Source: Obrimoposthia wandeli (lineage: Eukaryota). From it: DNA of 64,000 nt. This document shows positions 37,664 to 47,418 of this stretch, one piece after another. Below the pieces are notes generated by a model. That model had not been told where the DNA came from. It worked only from the letters and a program-made list of their open reading frames with translations, and searched no databases. Where the stretch lies: NCBI GenBank assembly GCA_977020255.1, contig CDROCS010001764.1, positions 1 to 64,000 on the forward strand. The letters are read 5' to 3'. Every line of letters begins with the position of its first letter. The first letter of the stretch is position 1. The position numbers and the translations under genes were made by a program.

Positions 37664-40135
37664 CTAGGGTATTATTTGTTTCTGTTTTACCAACTCAAAA
37701 TAATTCATTAGCTCAGTTAGTGCCGCCGCCTCCATATTCAAAGAATTCCCGGCGGCTGTGGCACTCTGAACTAAGAGCTTATTCTGCTCACTTGATGTCT
37801 CTAGTTTCGAGACCGAACTACTGATACTTTGCATACTGCTGATTTGCTGATTACTCTCTACCGTGATATTCCCTACCATAGTACCTGTTTGTTGCAGCAC
37901 CAAATAAATGCGATCTAATGCCTCTCCGGTTTTTTGAACTAGGTCATTACCCACCTTCACCATTTGCGAACTCTCTTTGATTAAAACGTCAATGTCCTTA
38001 GACGCTTTAGCCGTGCGTTGCGATAACTCCCTGATTTCATTAGCAACCACGGCAAAACCGCGGCCGTGTTCTCCAGCTCTCGCGGCCTCAACAGCGGCAT
38101 TGAGCGCTAAAATATTAGTTTGAAAAGAAATCGAGTTGATGACGCTTGTAATCTCAGCAATTTTACTGCTCGATGTTTTAATTTGCTGCATCGATTGAAC
38201 CGCTGAGTCAATAATTTCACGACTATCTTCTGATTCCTTTAGCGATTGCTGCATTAATCGATTAGCCTCGCCTGAGCCGCTTGCATTTAAGCGCGCGGCG
38301 GCAAAGGCTTTAGCTAAGCTAACAGAAATTTCCGATAATGCCTCCATTTGACTGTTAATTCTGAGATCGAGGTTTTTACCTTCATCGCTAATATGGGTTG
38401 AGCTATCTTTAACTTTTGTCGCCATCGCTTGCACATCACCAACCGTCGTATTTAAATTAACGATTGTACTGTTTAAGCCATGGGTAATTAGCTGGAGTTG
38501 ACCTTGGTAGTCACCTCCAATACTCCTACTGAGTACACCTTGGCTCATCGCATTAGCCACCGACATGATCTCCTCAATGGTTAACTCCAGTGAGCTCATA
38601 GACAAATTGACGCTTTGTTTTAAGGCCTGTAAATCTCCACCTGCTGTAACTGTCACCCGATTGCTAAACTCTCCTTGAGCAGCCCCATTCATCACCGAAC
38701 TAATATCGGAAATAACGCCATCCAACCTCGCCATGGTGTTATTCGCTCCCTCAACTGATCGACTAAAGCTTCCCTCCAATCCAGCTAAACTGACTGTTTT
38801 CTTGAAATTACCTTGTTGTAGTGATTCCATCACTTGCGCTATTACCGACATGCTGTGGTCTATATTTTCACAGCTGCGGTTCAGTACGGTCTTTAGAACA
38901 AGAAAGTCCCCTTTCACGTCTATTTCAATTCGTGAGGTTAAATCTCCCACCGCGATGTGCTGCACAACTTTATTCACTTCACTAATCATAACTTGCTGCT
39001 GTGATAGCATTGTATTGAAAGCGGCTCCCGCTCTACCTATTTCATCCATTGGCAGGTCTTTCACTCTGGTGCTCAAAGCTCCTGTTTCCGCGATGGACAA
39101 CATGGTGTTACTTAAACGAGCGATCGGGGAGGTAATCCTGCGGATAACTAAGATAGAAATAACAATGCCCAGTATCAGAGCAATTAAATTGATAATGCTG
39201 TTACGCCATATCATCTTCTTGATACCCAGCTTTGAGGAGGCCCTTGCAAGCTTGTTGGTTTGATTAGCGGTCACTTGCAAACGTAAAACAAAATTTTCCG
39301 CATGTAAGCGGGAAGCGGGAATTGTTTCATAAATCAATTGATCATTTTTGACACTCACCTCTTTCATTACAGCGACCATTTGACTGGCTGTCTCAATCAA
39401 CAAAGAAATATCTGAAAGCCAAGATACACTCTGCTGATTTTTACCCAAGACATTAAGAGAAGCTTCTAATATACCAATATTCCTTTGCAGCACCATTACT
39501 TCAACCTCAACTTGCGTAAGGTCATCGGCGCGGCTAGTGGTCGCATACACATTAAAAAAGTAACGTAATTGAGATAAGTGCAATTGCACAGTCGCTATCT
39601 TCAGCATGACATCTGAATTAGCTTTCGAATATGTTCGAATATTGGTGAGCAGACCGATCAATTGCGGCATCAATTCATTGTTAAAATTATCAATTCTAGC
39701 GTCTTTTTCAAAAACTGAATTTGGAAATTCGCGAGTAACTAAAAGCGCGTATTTAGGAAAATAATCGACTAATTGATCTAAAAAATACTGCTGAGACACG
39801 GTAAGCTTCTGCAATTGTAGCTCCGCTAAAAGCCACTTCTGCTCTTCTATTTTAAGATCTAGCAATGCTAAATCACCTTTGGCATGGGTATGGTAAAACT
39901 GCTTGATGGCTGCTTGCGTACCGAGAGTATTACTAATGAGGCCAGCAGCTAATGCCGAAACGGGGATTGCTTCCTGAGTGATATGATCAATATCTATCTT
40001 CACGTTCTCTGCGGTGAAATAAACAATTGTCCCAGCTAGCCCCGATAACATTAATAGAGTGGCAGGTATGATGGCTATTTTCTTAGCAATCGCCAATTGA
40101 TTAAACACGCTTAAAACACTCTTGAAAAAAAACAT
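37664..40135 (-). CDS. Methyl-accepting chemotaxis protein with large helical periplasmic domain and poly-HAMP
   Basis: Two TMs about 270 aa apart, HAMP ([11 protein letters not shown]), four further HAMP-like units (GDLTSRI, GNFKKTV, GEFSNRV, GVLSRSI), [30 protein letters not shown]. Confidence 0.93.
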   Translation of the reverse strand: MFFFKSVLSVFNQLAIAKKIAIIPATLLMLSGLAGTIVYFTAENVKIDIDHITQEAIPVSALAAGLISNTLGTQAAIKQFYHTHAKGDLALLDLKIEEQKWLLAELQLQKLTVSQQYFLDQLVDYFPKYALLVTREFPNSVFEKDARIDNFNNELMPQLIGLLTNIRTYSKANSDVMLKIATVQLHLSQLRYFFNVYATTSRADDLTQVEVEVMVLQRNIGILEASLNVLGKNQQSVSWLSDISLLIETASQMVAVMKEVSVKNDQLIYETIPASRLHAENFVLRLQVTANQTNKLARASSKLGIKKMIWRNSIINLIALILGIVISILVIRRITSPIARLSNTMLSIAETGALSTRVKDLPMDEIGRAGAAFNTMLSQQQVMISEVNKVVQHIAVGDLTSRIEIDVKGDFLVLKTVLNRSCENIDHSMSVIAQVMESLQQGNFKKTVSLAGLEGSFSRSVEGANNTMARLDGVISDISSVMNGAAQGEFSNRVTVTAGGDLQALKQSVNLSMSSLELTIEEIMSVANAMSQGVLSRSIGGDYQGQLQLITHGLNSTIVNLNTTVGDVQAMATKVKDSSTHISDEGKNLDLRINSQMEALSEISVSLAKAFAAARLNASGSGEANRLMQQSLKESEDSREIIDSAVQSMQQIKTSSSKIAEITSVINSISFQTNILALNAAVEAARAGEHGRGFAVVANEIRELSQRTAKASKDIDVLIKESSQMVKVGNDLVQKTGEALDRIYLVLQQTGTMVGNITVESNQQISSMQSISSSVSKLETSSEQNKLLVQSATAAGNSLNMEAAALTELMNYFELVKQKQIIP

Positions 40136-40145
40136 GATGTACCCT

Positions 40146-41084
40146 CTACTTAATCGTTCTAGCTATTTTTTCTAAATAGGCACCCAGTAAACGCATTTTT
40201 TCTAAGACATCTGCAGGTTTTTTATTTTCAGGGAGGGAGACAATATCATGTGGTTTTTTTATACCTTGGGCCATTTTCAATCTCACGAGTTCGGCAAGTA
40301 TATTATTCGTGGTGTCATAAACATCAGACGGGCTAATTTCACCCGAGGGGAAAGGCCGCACTTTTACCGCCTTCAAATTTAATTTCCGTTCAATTCGTGC
40401 TAATCGATACAGGTTTTTAAATCCTTCTATATTCGGAGAGATCGGCTTTACATTTTCATGAATAGGCTCCCCTTTAGAGGTTAAGGCCACATTTAACGTA
40501 TCAGCTAGCTCCTGTGTATCGTCTAGTGCATAGAGTACATTTCGATAAACCAAATTTGGGCTAATTGAACCCACTAGACTATCAAGGCTATAAGAAACTC
40601 GCCAAAGGTTCTCATAAACATCCGCAGGCGTTTTACCTAATATTAAAGGTACATTTTTCTGCTGATTGATTGATAACTTACTTTTCAGTGGTTCAAGCGC
40701 TGCCAGTAATTGAGAAATGCTCTGCAATACGTCTTTTGGTACTAAGTTCCTTAGAGGAATTTCCTTTACTGGCAGAGGTTCTAATTGATATTTTCGCTGT
40801 AAATAGATGATTTTTGTTCGTACTTCCAAAGACTTAACATAGACATGTAAAGGGTCTTTATTAATTTGAACACTCGGCTCTTTTGCCTCGTCAAGAATAT
40901 TCTCTGTCGCGCGAATCAGCTTTATATCTGCCAGAAGCTTTTCACTGAGTTGGTAAACATGGCTGGGGGTTATATCGGTTGCATAGCTATAGCAAGAAGC
41001 GGTAATGAGAGTGAAAAATAGCAGCAAATTGGCGATAGACTTCCTAACGGCTGTATTTTCCTTGGCGTTCACAATTGAAATCAT
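40146..41084 (-). CDS. Hypothetical secreted protein with eight ~38-aa xxPxDVY helical repeats
   Basis: Hydrophobic signal-like N-terminus ending SYA; Pro anchors at 40, 78, 116, 153, 176, 214, 252, 290. Confidence 0.8.
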   Translation of the reverse strand: MISIVNAKENTAVRKSIANLLLFFTLITASCYSYATDITPSHVYQLSEKLLADIKLIRATENILDEAKEPSVQINKDPLHVYVKSLEVRTKIIYLQRKYQLEPLPVKEIPLRNLVPKDVLQSISQLLAALEPLKSKLSINQQKNVPLILGKTPADVYENLWRVSYSLDSLVGSISPNLVYRNVLYALDDTQELADTLNVALTSKGEPIHENVKPISPNIEGFKNLYRLARIERKLNLKAVKVRPFPSGEISPSDVYDTTNNILAELVRLKMAQGIKKPHDIVSLPENKKPADVLEKMRLLGAYLEKIARTIK

Positions 41085-41266
41085 TCTACTCCCCTGCTCT
41101 AACTGCCTATTATTTCAACCATTCTATAAAGGTTAGCAGGCAAAACCGTAATTGATAGTTAGGGGTGATTAAATAGCGTTATCATGCAACCTTACTATCA
41201 CTCTATTGGGCACAGTTACCTATAAAGCAGCAGATAGTTTCATTGCAAAGCAGTAATGTGAAACGG

Positions 41267-41749
41267 TTAAAAATATTTAAAATTAAACTGTAGCTGAAAA
41301 GTTGCAACGCTGGCATCATCACCAAAAGGTAAAAAACCGATACTTAACTTGAGCGCCCGATGGCCGAATGTCAGAGAAGGCAGTAGAACGACCGGAATAT
41401 CAGTACGGCTCTCGTAGCCACTGACCAAAAATAGGTTTACACCCGGTGCGACAGTCCAATCATCAAAGTAGTAATCTTTATGCCAGTGAACACCCGCATA
41501 GACACTATCTTTATGATAGCTGTTTTTAAAACCTCCCAAACGTAAATCCAGATCATCTCGAATGGCATAGCTAATCCCAATACCAGGATTGGTTTCATTG
41601 TAGTTTCGTTCAACGCCATTTTCTAGGTAACTATCTTTGCTATGTTTAGAAAAACCATTGATATCTAAACTAAACTCCCCTTCTTCTAAGCCAAATACGC
41701 TGTTCGCAAAAACAACGGCCATCCCCCCTAAGAGTAGCTGATATTTCAT
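41267..41749 (-). CDS. Small outer-membrane beta-barrel protein, PagP-like
   Basis: Signal peptide, alternating aromatic/hydrophobic strands, YNETNPGIG and GGFKNSY..DSVYAG, C-terminal Phe. Confidence 0.6.
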   Translation of the reverse strand: MKYQLLLGGMAVVFANSVFGLEEGEFSLDINGFSKHSKDSYLENGVERNYNETNPGIGISYAIRDDLDLRLGGFKNSYHKDSVYAGVHWHKDYYFDDWTVAPGVNLFLVSGYESRTDIPVVLLPSLTFGHRALKLSIGFLPFGDDASVATFQLQFNFKYF

Positions 41750-41828
41750 CGTAAACTCTCCTCGCCTAGTACCATCAATTTAAGTATAGACAATGATACT
41801 GAGCAGAGGAGCTTTATTTATAATAACA

Positions 41829-43445
41829 CTAAGGGTTAACTATCTCCGGGCCCATAATGCTATATGGAAGTGCGGTAGAAAGTGAAGGTATATAAGTCAC
41901 CATAATCAAGAACAACATCAGCACTAACATAAACGGCGTAGCCGCCTTCACTACCTTTGACAAACTCATTCCGGTAATACCTGAGGTGACAAATAGGTTG
42001 AGACCTATTGGCGGCGTTATCATGCCTATTTCCATGTTGACCACCATAATGATCCCCAAGTGAATGGGGTCGATGCCCAACTGCATGGCAATGGGGAATA
42101 CGATAGGCGCAACAATGACTAACAGCCCTGATGGCTCCATAAACTGACCACCGATTAGCAGCAGGATATTGACCGCGATCAAGAAGGTGAACCAGTTAAA
42201 CCCGACCTCTAACATCCATTCTGTTACCATCTGCGGAATACGCTCTTCTGAGAGGGTATGGGCAAACAGCAGAGCGTTAGCGATGATAAACATCAACATA
42301 ATGGTCGTTTTAGTACCTTGCAGCATCACCTCACGTGTCTCACCGCTATAGAGTGCGGGAAAAAAGGATCTAACCAGCAGCCACAAATTGCGACGCCACA
42401 CCACAAGACCGGCAACCACACAACTAACAGCGGATGCCTTGAGATGAGCACCGCGTTTATAGATATAAAACGCCACAATCAAAAATGATAAGCCCCCACC
42501 CCACGCTGCGCGACTGACTGCCGTTACTGTCTCTGAATCCGCCGTGGCGAAGAAAGAGAGAATCATCCACACCAAAAAGAATGATAACCCGTAAACCAAT
42601 GCATTAAAGCCTACTCGCGCATGCTGGCTGTCGGTGTCAGCTACCCAGGTAATACCTTTGAGAGGCCCCATATCTCGATAGACAAAGAGGGCAATAAATA
42701 TTGAATAGATCGCCGCAACGGCCGCCGCTTCAGTTGGCGTGAAAGCGCCACCGTAAATTCCACCCATAATGATGACGATCAGAAACAATCCCCAACCCGC
42801 TTCTTTACCGCCTTGCACAATATTACCGAAGCCCTTCCAAGGCTCAGATGGTAGATTTTTAATGCGTGCCACCACATAGATAGCCAACATCAGCATACCA
42901 CCGGCGATTAACCCGGGAATAACACCCGCTAAAAACATTCGCCCAACAGAGACGTTGGTTGATGACGCGTAAACCACCATCACGATGGACGGCGGGATCA
43001 AAATCCCTAAGGTACCTGCGTTGGCGATGATCCCAGAGGCAAACTCCTTTGAATACCCCACTTGACGCATACCGACAATGGCAATACTACCAATAGCGAT
43101 GACAGTCGCCGGTGAAGATCCTGATAACGCGGCAAACATCATGCACGCCAGTACCGAGGCCATCGCCAAGCCGCCGCGGAAATGTCCGACACTGGCTATC
43201 GCGAAGTTGATCAGTCGCTTGGCGACCCCACCGGTCGACATAAATGAGGAGGCGATGATGAAGAAAGGTATCGCCAATAAGGTATAGTGTTGCCCAGCAC
43301 CAAACAGTGAAATGGCCACTGAGGTTAATTTGGCGTCTGAGACAAAAGTAATAAATAAAATTGATGATAGCCCCAACGATATTCCCACCGGCATGCCGAT
43401 GAACAATAAGAAGAGTACTAAACTAAATAAAATGAGCGCTTCCAC
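41829..43445 (-). CDS. dctM: TRAP transporter large permease (with internal insertion)
   Basis: LLAIPFF, SGSSPAT, GTLGILIPPS, FTPTEAAAV, EIGMITPPIGLNLFV. Confidence 0.93.
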   Translation of the reverse strand: MEALILFSLVLFLLFIGMPVGISLGLSSILFITFVSDAKLTSVAISLFGAGQHYTLLAIPFFIIASSFMSTGGVAKRLINFAIASVGHFRGGLAMASVLACMMFAALSGSSPATVIAIGSIAIVGMRQVGYSKEFASGIIANAGTLGILIPPSIVMVVYASSTNVSVGRMFLAGVIPGLIAGGMLMLAIYVVARIKNLPSEPWKGFGNIVQGGKEAGWGLFLIVIIMGGIYGGAFTPTEAAAVAAIYSIFIALFVYRDMGPLKGITWVADTDSQHARVGFNALVYGLSFFLVWMILSFFATADSETVTAVSRAAWGGGLSFLIVAFYIYKRGAHLKASAVSCVVAGLVVWRRNLWLLVRSFFPALYSGETREVMLQGTKTTIMLMFIIANALLFAHTLSEERIPQMVTEWMLEVGFNWFTFLIAVNILLLIGGQFMEPSGLLVIVAPIVFPIAMQLGIDPIHLGIIMVVNMEIGMITPPIGLNLFVTSGITGMSLSKVVKAATPFMLVLMLFLIMVTYIPSLSTALPYSIMGPEIVNP

Positions 43446-43460
43446 TGAAAATTCTCCGCC

Positions 43461-44138
43461 TTAGTCTTTTAAAATATTCTTATTTTCTTCGACCAGCTCT
43501 TGAGCCTCGTGCCCACTGATCAACATCCGACGTCGCCCTTGATAGATATCGATAAAAGCCTGCCCCGAACGGTAAACCAGTAGCGCTAAACTAATCGGTA
43601 ATATAACCAGCACCAACCAGCGATGTACTCTTGGCTGCAAACCGAAAATTTCTTGCATAAAATCTGGATAGCGCAGCTCGTCGGAGCCGATACCTATCTT
43701 GAACATTTTCGCCCAGTACTCTATAGCTCCACCGCGCACATCTACACCGAGTAAATGTAACCAAGTAGAATCCAATAAAATTAAACCGTAAAACATACTG
43801 CCCAACGCGCCAATCAACGCTAGTACTTTGGTGACGGGGCTCGCCACAGCATTAAGTAGTAAGTCGACCCCTAAGTGGGTGCCATTTTTAATCCCGTAGC
43901 TCATACCGAGTAAAATAAGCCAAGAAAAAGCCAAAGTGTTGTACTCAAGTGCAGCTGACCAGCCAGAATTAAAGCTATAGCGGGCAACTACTTGACCAAA
44001 TGAGACAACCAAGATGGAGGTGATCAATAAAATAAGTATATTCTCTTCCGCCTTTTCAACCATTTTAGGGAAAAAACGCTCTAGCAACCAAATTGCAGCA
44101 ATCAGAATACAGAGATAAATATGCGGCCAATAAGCCAT
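43461..44138 (-). CDS. dctQ: TRAP transporter small permease
   Basis: FGQVVARY, W...LGMSYGIKNGTHLGVD; AGGAG RBS before ATG 44138. Confidence 0.9.
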   Translation of the reverse strand: MAYWPHIYLCILIAAIWLLERFFPKMVEKAEENILILLITSILVVSFGQVVARYSFNSGWSAALEYNTLAFSWLILLGMSYGIKNGTHLGVDLLLNAVASPVTKVLALIGALGSMFYGLILLDSTWLHLLGVDVRGGAIEYWAKMFKIGIGSDELRYPDFMQEIFGLQPRVHRWLVLVILPISLALLVYRSGQAFIDIYQGRRRMLISGHEAQELVEENKNILKD

Positions 44139-44284
44139 TGGGATTCTCCTGAGGGTATTGCTATTCTTATCAAACTTTTGTGACAAAACCGCTCTATTTT
44201 CGCTTAGTAGATAAACATTCAAGCAATAACTAATTAAGAAAAAGCGTTTAACCTTAACCACTTAGCATCAGGGTTAAACACTTT

Positions 44285-44350
44285 TTTTGCTGAAATTACG
44301 CCACAACCGTTACCATTGAGGTCATCGCTGGTGGCGTAAAGTTAGCAAAA
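44285..44350 (-). other. Long imperfect hairpin between dctP and dctQ
   Basis: TTTTGCTGAAATTACGCCAC ... GTGGCGTAAAGTTAGCAAAA (about 20-bp arms); second hairpin CAAACGC-AGC-GCGTTTG at 44354-44370. Confidence 0.6.
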
Positions 44351-44381
44351 GATCAAACGCAGCGCGTTTGAAAATACGGGA

Positions 44382-45371
44382 TTAAGCGCCCGCAGCGTTG
44401 GAGATCAAATCGGCACCAATGTCGCTCTCAAACTGCTTCCACACAGGCTTCATCGCCTCAACCCACTTAGCGCGTTGCTCGTCCGTTAGCACATTGATTT
44501 TGCCGCCCGCTTTCAAGATATTAGCGCGGTTAGCCGCTTCCTTATCTTTAACATTAAGGTTAGCTTGCTGGGTCACTTCATCAGCTATTTTCAAGAACTG
44601 ATCACGCACATCCGGCTCTAAGGTATCCAACCACTCAGAAGAGGTCATAAACAAGTAAGCCAATAATTGGTGGCTAGTTTCTGTGACGCTGTCCTGTACT
44701 TCGAAGAATTTCTTAGTGTAGATGTTAGACCAAGTATTTTCTTGCCCATCGACAACACCTGTCTGTAGTGCACCGTAAACCTCTGAGAAAGCCATCGGCT
44801 GAGGTGATCCACCCATCGCAGCGATCATTGCTTTTGCAACATCTGAGGATTGAACACGGAACTTCATGCCTTTCGCATCACTCGGCGTCAATAGCGCTTT
44901 GTTACCTGAAAAATACTTCATTCCAGACATCCAATAACCCAAACCGACAAAGCCGACATCACTCATCGCATTCAGTAACTCTTTACCATCTGCAGAGTTA
45001 GTGAAACGCATTGCTGCATCCATGTCTTTAAACATAAAGGGTAAATCAAATACGCCATACTTACGGCTGTAAGAGCCAAACTTAGAGAGTGATGGTGCTA
45101 GGATTTGCACGTCACCCAACAGCAGCGCTTCTAGCTCTTTACTGTCACCAAATAAGGTCGAGCTTGGAAAGACTTCGATACACATCTTACCGTTCATTTC
45201 TTTGTTAACGCGCTCCGCCAGTGCGTTAGCGGCAACAACTTTAGGATGAGTCGTACCACCGGTAACATGGCTTAGTTTGGCGACAACTTCGCCCTCTTCA
45301 CAGCTCGCCGAGGCTGTTACTGCTGCTAGAGAAAGGGCAATTGCTGTTAGCGCTGTAGTTAATTTTTTCAT
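44382..45371 (-). CDS. dctP: TRAP periplasmic C4-dicarboxylate-binding protein
   Basis: SSTLFGDSKELEALLLGDVQ, FDLPF, KFRVQ, FSEVYGALQTGVVDGQEN. Confidence 0.92.
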   Translation of the reverse strand: MKKLTTALTAIALSLAAVTASASCEEGEVVAKLSHVTGGTTHPKVVAANALAERVNKEMNGKMCIEVFPSSTLFGDSKELEALLLGDVQILAPSLSKFGSYSRKYGVFDLPFMFKDMDAAMRFTNSADGKELLNAMSDVGFVGLGYWMSGMKYFSGNKALLTPSDAKGMKFRVQSSDVAKAMIAAMGGSPQPMAFSEVYGALQTGVVDGQENTWSNIYTKKFFEVQDSVTETSHQLLAYLFMTSSEWLDTLEPDVRDQFLKIADEVTQQANLNVKDKEAANRANILKAGGKINVLTDEQRAKWVEAMKPVWKQFESDIGADLISNAAGA

Positions 45372-45482
45372 AGATTTACTCTCATTAGTCCGTTGTTATT
45401 ATCTGAGATCGAATGGACCTCTAGCCATTAAGTCATGTAACACCTAAAAAGCTAAACTTATTCGTTAGAACGCTTTGACAAA

Positions 45483-45499
45483 AGCAATAATAGGGCCAA
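45483..45499 (-). promoter_or_regulatory. Sigma54 promoter of dctP
   Basis: The minus strand reads TTGGCCC-TATTA-TTGCT (GG-N10-GC). Confidence 0.7.
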
Positions 45500-45616
45500 T
45501 ATAGAAAACTTAATATAAGATACTGATTATTATGAAATTAGCACAAGATTGACATTGCCGCTTAGTAATCGTTGGTGATAAAAGCGCATAAACCAACCCA
45601 TTACTATTTTATATAA

Positions 45617-45633
45617 TGGCGTAAATCCACCCA
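45617..45633. promoter_or_regulatory. DctD upstream activator-like site
   Basis: TGGCGTAAATCCACCCA resembles the rhizobial DctD UAS (TGTGCGgaAATCCGCACA), about 120 bp from the sigma54 site. Confidence 0.4.
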
Positions 45634-45793
45634 AAACTTTAAGCGTATGAAGCTATATCGGCACTGTTGATTGAATACAGTCGATTATTAAAGTCCGATA
45701 ACAACAAAGAGACACCTCTAGCCTGATCAATCAGATAATAGGGTCGGTGATAAGTGGTGAGTACCTAAAAGCGTAAACTCAGTAGCAGACATG

Positions 45794-46603
45794 CTAACAA
45801 TCGACAAACTGGCACATACTCATTGCACGCGACTGTCCGATCAATTTATTTAGGCCATCCTTACGACTTAGCTTACTGATGATAGGTTTCAGTACGGGAC
45901 GCAACTGTGAACGTCCCATCCCCGATTTCACACTAGGCGTGTAAAGCATTTTTAACAGCGCTAAATCTAAACCCGTTAATGTGCTGTTGGGTGTTTTATC
46001 ATTGAAAACAGAGGGATATACCTCTTCAGAATCACGCGGCAAGCCCATTACTTGGGTCAATTCCTCTACGATACAAGACACTAACTTGGCGTGCATCCGC
46101 GCCTGATCTACTGGGATATACACCACCGCATTTTGGATGCTGCCGTTTCGGCTAGAGCGCACAGTAGCCATACACACCGCCCCACGTAGTGTTTTCACAC
46201 TCGCCGCGCCAGAGTTTTTACGCACTAATTCACTTAATTTATTCTGTGAGGTGAAATAATACAATACGTTGGCATCTTTCTTACGTTTCACTCGCGTGAT
46301 GTCAACGCGGGTGATTTTACGTAAATCTCTAATCTGAGCATTCAGTAAGTTGTTATGCAGTTGGATATCCGCCACTTGATGCTCAACATAAATACGCATT
46401 GGCTTGTTCCACTTGCGCACTTCTAACGCCGCACTACCATGCTCGCTACCGAGCGCTACTTCATAAAAGCTATTCTCAATGAAGCGAGCATTGCGCCAAT
46501 CTGCACTTTGAGCCGTTCCCGCTACAATAAGGCTAAGCACAGCAACAATGCGTAACAACGATATAGACTTATCCCAACTCACTCTTACCTGCGCCAACAT
46601 CAA
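45794..46603 (-). CDS. DUF2927-family exported protein
   Basis: CIVEELTQVMGLPRD, PSVFND, LT.LD..LL.MLY.P...GM. Confidence 0.75.
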   Translation of the reverse strand: MMLAQVRVSWDKSISLLRIVAVLSLIVAGTAQSADWRNARFIENSFYEVALGSEHGSAALEVRKWNKPMRIYVEHQVADIQLHNNLLNAQIRDLRKITRVDITRVKRKKDANVLYYFTSQNKLSELVRKNSGAASVKTLRGAVCMATVRSSRNGSIQNAVVYIPVDQARMHAKLVSCIVEELTQVMGLPRDSEEVYPSVFNDKTPNSTLTGLDLALLKMLYTPSVKSGMGRSQLRPVLKPIISKLSRKDGLNKLIGQSRAMSMCQFVDC

Positions 46604-46816
46604 CTTCCCTCGCGTTATGGTCCGAAAACCCCACCCTATCTATTTACACTGCCCTTTCGAATCTTTGAAAGGTACAATCGCTCCAACAGTATAGTTGACC
46701 ATTTTAAGTTAGCCGCCTATTACCTTAAAAATCAGCGCCTCTTTATCCGTTCCTGCTTTGTGGTTCTCTTCGTGTATTACCCTAATCAGGAAACAATTAT
46801 TAGGAAAAATCTACCG

Positions 46817-47098
46817 ATGATAGAAGTAAATCAATATTTTGATGACAACGTAAAGTCACTCGCGTTTAGCAATAATGAAGGAAACGTCACCTGTGGTGTT
46901 ATGGATATCGGCGAATATCATTTTACGACTAGCCAGCACGAATTAATGAAAGTTATCAGCGGTCAATTAGACATCAAATTAGTAGGTAGTGATCACTTTG
47001 TAAGCTACCCCAGTGGCACCGAGTTCAAAGTCGCCGCCAATAGTGCCTTTGACGTCATCGTACTGCAGCAAACTGCCTACCTGTGTTTTTATAGCTAA
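46817..47098 (+). CDS. ppnP: Pyrimidine/purine nucleoside phosphorylase (YaiE cupin)
   Basis: VNQYFDDNVKSL, GVMDIGEY.F.T...E.M.V.SG, YLCFY. Confidence 0.9.
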   Translation: MIEVNQYFDDNVKSLAFSNNEGNVTCGVMDIGEYHFTTSQHELMKVISGQLDIKLVGSDHFVSYPSGTEFKVAANSAFDVIVLQQTAYLCFYS

Positions 47099-47418
47099 TA
47101 TCACTGCGCCACTGCTCTCCTCAGTGGCTAGTTACGCTTTTTATATACTCTGATCTTCCACTTGGCATCCGCGGCATTTTGCGCTTATTGGCAATTATTC
47201 TTCCAATGGGAAACTTCTGTTTCCTATGTAAACATATTCTATCGACCCTTTGCTTATACTAGGTATTATTTTCTATTAATTGCCTATATTTACCAAATTT
47301 TTGCCTAGATAAGACCCAAAGCTATGCTAAAATCTGCTGCAGCCAAGCTCTTCGGCCAGCGCTGGCTTTGGTATCGATTTCGCTCAACGGTCGCAAAAAC
47401 CTAAGGTACGAATTCAAC

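Noticed and set aside
46695-46710. RutR-like site upstream of ppnP
   Set aside because: Only the TTGACCA half-site is present; the right arm does not match.
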